DNA of 64,000 nt, taken from an uncultured delta proteobacterium (GTDB lineage Bacteria; Desulfobacterota; RBG-13-43-22). The notes beneath the pieces are model-generated. The model did no database searches. It was given only the letters and a program-made list of their open reading frames with translations, and was not told the origin of the DNA. The stretch's first letter is position 1. Every line of letters starts with the position of its first letter. Positions 60,104 to 64,000 of the stretch are shown piece after piece. The translations under genes and the position numbers were made by a program. The DNA lies in NCBI GenBank assembly GCA_963790475.1, contig CAWBOS010000015.1, forward strand, positions 384,001 through 448,000, written 5' to 3'.

Positions 60104-61297
60104 CTAAACAATCTTCCACGGCTTTTCTGCCGCAGCATTCCGGCCGGCAGCGCGTCCGAAAAATATCGCAGAACTGAGGTAGATTCCGCAGTGCGGATAC
60201 TGCGCGTTCACGATACCGCCAGTGGCCCGACCCCCTGCGTACAGCCGGGGTATCGGCTTGCCATAGACATCGAGCACCTGAGCCTTGGGATTGATCTTTA
60301 GCCCTTCGTTGTACCCCGCGGCCATGAAGGCCAAATCACCACCCAAGGCCTGGGCCGCTATTATTCCGTCGCCTTGACTCGGGGCCGAAAGTTTGTTGGT
60401 AAAGAAGCCGCCCCAGCCGCCGAAAAAATTGGGGTCCTTGATGTTCTGGAGCAAATGGTTCCGGACCATATTGACGTTAGTCAACCAGTGGCCTGTCCCG
60501 ATCACCACGCCGCGCTTGGCTTTGATCAGCAGCGTCTTGTCTCCGCGCAGGGCTTTAAGACCCACCACTTCTCGATTGGCATTAACGATCAGTTCGCTCA
60601 GGCCGGTCTGCATTAAGGTCTTGATGTTGCGTTTCTTGATGTTGTCGTCGAAGGTCTTGAAGACACCGGTCCCACCAGGACTGGGCCAGCCATCCCGAAA
60701 AACCTCCTTCTGGGTTCCAGTGAACCAGTGGCTCCGAACAGCCTTGGGCATTTTGTATTTGTCGAAAAAGACCGGTGTTCCGCTGACATTCAGGCCCGGC
60801 CCGGGGTGCATCTCCTTTGGGGCGAGATTCCACTCGGAGACGGCTTGTCCGCCAAGGTGTTGGATCACCCAATCAACATTGTCGTTCTTGGAAAAGGGGA
60901 GTAGGAGGTCCGGATCGACATAGCCTTCACCGCAGGCCATCATATAATCGAAAAAGGCCTGTTGGCTGTCCTGGATTCCAAGGGTTTTCTGGACGATACT
61001 CCCCGCCTGAGCAATGGCGCCACCGCACCGGCGCATGTCACCACCCGCCCAATCATTCTTGTCGATGATCAGCACCTTGGCCCCGGCATCGTGGGCTTCA
61101 ATGGCAGCGGGCAGACCCGTGCTGCCATAGCCCGCGATTACCACATCGGCCTCTTCATCCCACTTGGTCGGGACCGGCCCTTTAGCACTCTTGGCTTGGA
61201 GGGGAGAGGAAACCATCCCGACGCCGGCGATGGCGGCCGCGCCGATGGCCGCATCCTTGATAAAATCTCTTCTGGAAAATTTGTTCTCGTCCGCCAT
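60104..61297 (-). CDS. Tat-exported FAD-binding protein of the flavocytochrome c/fumarate reductase superfamily (short)
   Basis: SRRDFIK, WDEEADVVIAGYGSTG, IKAKRGVVIGTG, GDGIIAAQALG, GLKINPKAQVLD..PIPRLYAGG, AIFFGRAAG. Confidence 0.88.
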   Translation of the reverse strand: MADENKFSRRDFIKDAAIGAAAIAGVGMVSSPLQAKSAKGPVPTKWDEEADVVIAGYGSTGLPAAIEAHDAGAKVLIIDKNDWAGGDMRRCGGAIAQAGSIVQKTLGIQDSQQAFFDYMMACGEGYVDPDLLLPFSKNDNVDWVIQHLGGQAVSEWNLAPKEMHPGPGLNVSGTPVFFDKYKMPKAVRSHWFTGTQKEVFRDGWPSPGGTGVFKTFDDNIKKRNIKTLMQTGLSELIVNANREVVGLKALRGDKTLLIKAKRGVVIGTGHWLTNVNMVRNHLLQNIKDPNFFGGWGGFFTNKLSAPSQGDGIIAAQALGGDLAFMAAGYNEGLKINPKAQVLDVYGKPIPRLYAGGRATGGIVNAQYPHCGIYLSSAIFFGRAAGRNAAAEKPWKIV

Positions 61298-61456
61298 TTC
61301 AATTACTCCTTTCTGTGAGATAATCAGTGTAAAATCCAAAGACAGCGTGCTAGGCTGTATAATAGCTTATACCTACTATTCAAAGGCAAATCATAGTGGC
61401 AAAACAATAATGGCCGGCAAAAGATACCTTCAAGGGAAATCTTTAGGTACTGAGTC

Positions 61457-62500
61457 TTATTTCTTCCCTGGCACAAAGTCCTTAATTCTAATGGCCACAA
61501 CTGTCTTTAACCTTTGCTCATATGGTAACCCATACGCCAAATTCGCAACATAAAGGATACCATCCCTAAACGCGGAGCCAGTGGGACCCTGGAACAAGGA
61601 GCTGTCAATAGTTATTCGGTTTGGGTATCCCGATGGGGGAATAATAACGATCTCGTTTGCTCCGGGCATGGAACCATAGACGTAACCCTCATCATCAATC
61701 GATATACCATCGAACCAGGTATGTCCCCGCGAGTAAGGTTGTGCTTTATCAGCGCTCCCGTCAGCTTTGATTGGAATTTTGACGATCTTTCCATCCAGGG
61801 TGGTAGTGTCGCAGTAAATGTTTTTCTGGTCTTTATCAATGGTGATAGCATTTACACCCAAAGGTAAGGTAGGATCCGACTGCCAGCCCAAAAGGGGATC
61901 ATCGGACCACATCGTGACTTTTTTACCATCCGGTGAAATCTTCCAAATGCCGGGGTAGGTCAGATCAGTGAGGTAAATATTCCCAGCATTATCGATCGCA
62001 ACGTCGTCTGGAAAACAAAAGGGCCATCCATCCCCCCTGGTGGCTACGGCCGTCACTTGACGGGTCTTGGCGTCAATTTTATAGACTCCGCTCCGTGTAA
62101 CCCTTACATCGTGGCAAGCTGGATGATTAACGTTCGGTATATCTTTGTGAATATCAAGGTACTTAGAATGTTGGAGATAGGCAACGTAAAGGTTGTCATC
62201 CTTGTCTGCTTTGATTCCATAAATTTCTCCCTGACGGGCGTCCCCCTCTGCCTTAGAGGGCACCCAAGCCACGTGCTCAAAAGAACCATCGTCCTTCAGC
62301 ATTACAACTTCACCCGTGTTATGCAGGGTGGTATAAAGTTTCTTGTTAGAGTCGATACAGACACTCTCCGGGGCGGCCGGTAGCTTGGCATAGACCCAGA
62401 TCTTTGGCTCTTCTGCCGAGGTAAGGCGAGGGGATAGGAAACCCATAAACATTATTGTTGTGACTAGGGTGATTACTATAATTTTAATTGAGTTCCTCAT
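61457..62500 (-). CDS. Exported SMP-30/gluconolactonase-like beta-propeller
   Basis: Signal peptide, PESVCID, FPDDVAIDNAGNIYLTD, GVNAI, FDGISIDDEG, GPTGSAF. Confidence 0.85.
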   Translation of the reverse strand: MRNSIKIIVITLVTTIMFMGFLSPRLTSAEEPKIWVYAKLPAAPESVCIDSNKKLYTTLHNTGEVVMLKDDGSFEHVAWVPSKAEGDARQGEIYGIKADKDDNLYVAYLQHSKYLDIHKDIPNVNHPACHDVRVTRSGVYKIDAKTRQVTAVATRGDGWPFCFPDDVAIDNAGNIYLTDLTYPGIWKISPDGKKVTMWSDDPLLGWQSDPTLPLGVNAITIDKDQKNIYCDTTTLDGKIVKIPIKADGSADKAQPYSRGHTWFDGISIDDEGYVYGSMPGANEIVIIPPSGYPNRITIDSSLFQGPTGSAFRDGILYVANLAYGLPYEQRLKTVVAIRIKDFVPGKK

Positions 62501-63074
62501 TTTTCGTCCCTCCTTTAAATTTTATCATTTTTTGAGCATCCCAACTAACACCTTTTTGACCCCCCTTTCTGTCCAGATTTTACTGAAACACCATACTTTG
62601 GTTAAGATAAGAACGGGATATCTTCATGTTACCTCTTTAACGAAAAAGAATTATTTTATTAAGTTATTAAAAAGCATTTGCTCTTTTGAGATCTTTGAAT
62701 AAATTAGTTAAAATGTAATTTTATATCAAATTTGAACACCATTCTTGCCTCTCAGTGCATATTTTTTTGTTATTTAGCGCAATGCAAGGGATAAAACGGA
62801 GGACCTAAAATCCGTTACCCTATAAGAGAAGGCAAAGTGGATTTGTGGAGTTGGGCAATGGGACCTATTTCCTTGACGACATCGAAGTGGGGAAGTGGCC
62901 TTAAAAGGGGGGGCCGGTTCCGGCTTTTGCCCCTTGAACGGTGGCAATCATCGGGTTGCTTAAGGTCGTTAAAACATTGAGGAACGGTCTATTGGTGAGA
63001 CTGAAACTCTACTTTAACCGTTTATGAAATAGGCCTGTCCGGCAGTTAAGCCATAGCCATTGTTTTTAATGGCC

Positions 63075-63785
63075 TCAGTCAACCTGCTTGGCTTTTTGCC
63101 GAATATATCGAGGTGGCCTACCAAATTTTTGTTTGAATAGATGGGTGAAATGAGAAGAGCTATTGAATCCCAAGGAGAAGGCTATGTCGGTGATTGAATC
63201 CTCATCGAACTTGGCGCTGGTGAGCTTCTGGTGACATTTTTCTAGTCTCTGTTCGCGAACCCATTCAGATACCGACTTACCGGTACCCTTGAACAGGTAA
63301 TGCAGATAGCGCACGGAAATCCTGTTATCTTTGGCGATCATCTCAGGAGATAGATCCGGATCATCAAGCCTACTCTCAATATATGATTTCAACGATTGAA
63401 GACGGAATTTATTGGACAGGCTTTCGCCGGCAGGTTTGTGGTCAAGTTCAGCATTAATACATAGAGCTAAAAGATCTGCAATTTCCATAGCCACTTTCGG
63501 GGATAGGTCGTTCCCTATCGACTCCGCTTCGAAGGCGACTAACTTACAGAATTCGGCTACAGCCCACCCCAACCCATCGGCAAAATTCAAAGCGGGGACA
63601 CTCTCGAGCTTGTCGATCGGACATCTATCGATTAAAATCGACCGTGGCATTTCAACATACATCGACTGAGTATTATCGCGGCAACGCAATCGATAGGGCA
63701 CTGCGGCATCAAATAACACCGCCGTCCCTGGCGTGGAAACCTGCTGCTTCCCGGCCTGCTCTACAAGAAGCGATCCTTTAGAAGG
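63075..63785 (-). CDS. AraC/XylS regulator (FeaR-like), 3' exon; 5' part lies beyond the intron
   Basis: PSKGSLLVEQAGKQ..LFDAAVPY (ligand domain), LDDPDLSPEMIA..ISVRYLHYLF..ITDIAFSLGFNSSSHFTHLFKQKFG. The first 43 aa of the track ORF are translated intron RNA. Confidence 0.88.
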   Translation of the reverse strand, partial: PSKGSLLVEQAGKQQVSTPGTAVLFDAAVPYRLRCRDNTQSMYVEMPRSILIDRCPIDKLESVPALNFADGLGWAVAEFCKLVAFEAESIGNDLSPKVAMEIADLLALCINAELDHKPAGESLSNKFRLQSLKSYIESRLDDPDLSPEMIAKDNRISVRYLHYLFKGTGKSVSEWVREQRLEKCHQKLTSAKFDEDSITDIAFSLGFNSSSHFTHLFKQKFGRPPRYIRQKAKQVD

Positions 63786-64000
63786 GTAGAGTAGAGAGCT
63801 GGAACCTGACTGGTGCCACTTTTGGTCTTTCCGATGCACGCATCTACTACGAGCTATAGTGGTCAGCCGGGGCCAGCCCTCCCTCATCAAACCGTGCATG
63901 CGGTTTTCCCGCACACGGCTTTCCGATGTCCTTCACCGCAGGGCATGCGCTTTGTCCAGCCCGCCGAAGTCGGCACCTTGTAGAGACCGTACTTCTCGTA
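63786..64000 (-). mobile_element. 3' end of a group II intron (end of RT/maturase ORF, domains V and VI); continues beyond the window
   Basis: Domain V AAGCCGTGTGCGGGAAAACCGCATGCACGGTTT (63921-63889) with AGC triad and 2-nt bulge. Domain VI GAGGGAGGGCTGG...CCAGCTCTCTACTC with bulged A, ending CTCTAC at 63786. Upstream YEKYGLYKVPTSAGW resembles a maturase C-terminus. Confidence 0.92.

Noticed and set aside
63012-63052. attC-like TAAC...GTTA on the minus strand after the AraC gene (similar half-sites near 4140-4165, 48690 and 49112)
   Set aside because: Too short or lacking complementary L boxes; only the 6181-6236 site has the full architecture.
63786-63914. N-terminal 43 aa (MRENRMHGLMREG...) of the 279-aa AraC ORF
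   Set aside because: This is the translation of group II intron domains V-VI, not protein.
1-64000. tRNA, rRNA or CRISPR arrays
   Set aside because: None recognised anywhere in the window by eye.

Overview
A 64-kb chromosomal window of ~50% GC from an anaerobic bacterium; gene content (hcp, hrcA-grpE-dnaK, multiheme cytochrome, B12 radical SAMs) suggests Desulfobacterota, which is an inference. From left to right: a truncated arylsulfatase, nitroreductase, carboxylesterase, an orphan higA, a decayed IS701/IS4-like transposase, a toxin-antitoxin pair followed by an attC-like site, a GntR/sugar-ABC/QueG-like/CoA-transferase catabolic locus, a Tat serine hydrolase, a coupled pair of STAND-like ATPases (one with a 120-bp TPR tandem array), hrcA-grpE-dnaK and two SDRs. 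The centre holds a ~16-kb type II fatty-acid/lipid cluster with four radical SAM enzymes (two B12-binding), two ACPs, two FabF, thioesterase, PKS-type dehydratase, PPTase, acyl-CoA ligase, LpxL-like acyltransferase, a DAK2-DegV fusion and PlsY. It resembles 'ladderane-type' clusters, its product is unknown, and it is the best candidate for an undescribed system. It is followed by an hcp locus with an FNR/HcpR-like site, exeAB, several catabolic enzymes, and a lactonase/flavoprotein/tetraheme-cytochrome operon whose upstream AraC regulator is interrupted by a group II intron running off the window end. Several otherwise intact genes carry single-base indels, many in homopolymers, which are probably sequencing or assembly errors.
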